From a virus, in IMG/VR virus record IMGVR_UViG_3300025018_000098, positions 64,001 to 128,000 of that record: 64,000 nucleotides of DNA; one strand, given 5' to 3'. Numbering within the stretch: position 1 is the first letter of the stretch; each line of letters begins with the position of its first letter. The position numbers were made by a program, and so were the translations under genes. The notes under the pieces were generated by a model. The model was not told the origin of the DNA, made no database searches, and worked only from the letters and a program-made list of their open reading frames with translations. Below, piece by piece: positions 63,532 to 64,000 of the stretch.

Positions 63532-63732
63532 TCATTGGCCCGGGGTGCAGTAGGCGCAGTCTACCTGCACCCACTGCCCGGGCTGTCCGTTGATGCTCAG
63601 TGTGTGGTACCGCCCCCGCCCGCTGCAGTGCGGACAGGAGTGGCGGGTGTACCTCTTCGGGGCTGGCTCCAGAGGGACAACGGCACCAGTTGGTTCGTCA
63701 TTTCTTTTCGGCTCGTCTGATGTATGGGTCAT
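63532..63732 (-). CDS. Small Zn-finger protein
   Basis: CPHCSGRG...CAYC. Confidence 0.55.
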   Translation of the reverse strand: MTHTSDEPKRNDEPTGAVVPLEPAPKRYTRHSCPHCSGRGRYHTLSINGQPGQWVQVDCAYCTPGQ

Positions 63733-63899
63733 TTGGCTGGCATGACGGTGGTTATATCCATCGTGTGTCCCAGCACCATCCTGGTCTCTTCAAGCGCCTC
63801 GATTATCCGGGTGTGTGCCAGCGTTGCTGCAGTGTCTAAATCCTCGGCGTCCACCAGTAGGGTCAGGTGCATAGTTACCTCTACCTCATACTTTGACAT
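63729..63899 (-). CDS. Small hypothetical protein (56 aa)
   Basis: GAGGAG SD. MSKYEVEVTMHLTLLVDAED... Confidence 0.5.
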   Translation of the reverse strand: MSKYEVEVTMHLTLLVDAEDLDTAATLAHTRIIEALEETRMVLGHTMDITTVMPAK

Positions 63900-64000
63900 C
63901 TTGTCTCCTCGTCAGGCTGCACGGTCCACGGGTTTCTTGTCGGTCAGCTCGCACCAGCAGACCGAGCACGCTTCTGGATGCTTGTCTGCGCCACCGTTCT

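Overview
This is a 64-kb, GC-rich segment of a large (jumbo-type) tailed phage, probably with a contractile tail. Almost all genes are on the minus strand, and the host is plausibly Myxococcota (inferred from an SspB-type adaptor gene). The left half (1-44057) holds virion morphogenesis genes: baseplate wedge/J-like and hub proteins, fibre/spike-like proteins and a tape measure. It also carries a phage sigma-70-family factor, a dNMP kinase, an RHH regulator and a complete cytoplasmic two-component cassette (PAS histidine kinase, Rcp1-like receiver, and a receiver with an unrecognised output domain) translationally coupled inside a structural operon. The right half (44187-64000) is mostly small accessory genes, including GroES-like, DUF2829/Tad2-like, DUF1643, SspB-like and a three-copy paralog family. 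It also has a tail-assembly-chaperone pair joined by a -1 slippery site, about 18 kb from the tape measure gene. Two promoter-like motif classes can be read directly from the DNA. The first is a -10 box (mostly TGG-TAnnnT) exactly 6 nt before the start codons of structural operons, implying leaderless mRNAs. The second is an 8-copy (G/C)CTATAAGCA..GTGAAGG motif heading accessory operons. Several genes are broken by single-base indels in G/C homopolymers, which are probably sequencing errors. I saw no tRNA, rRNA, CRISPR array, integrase or transposase.
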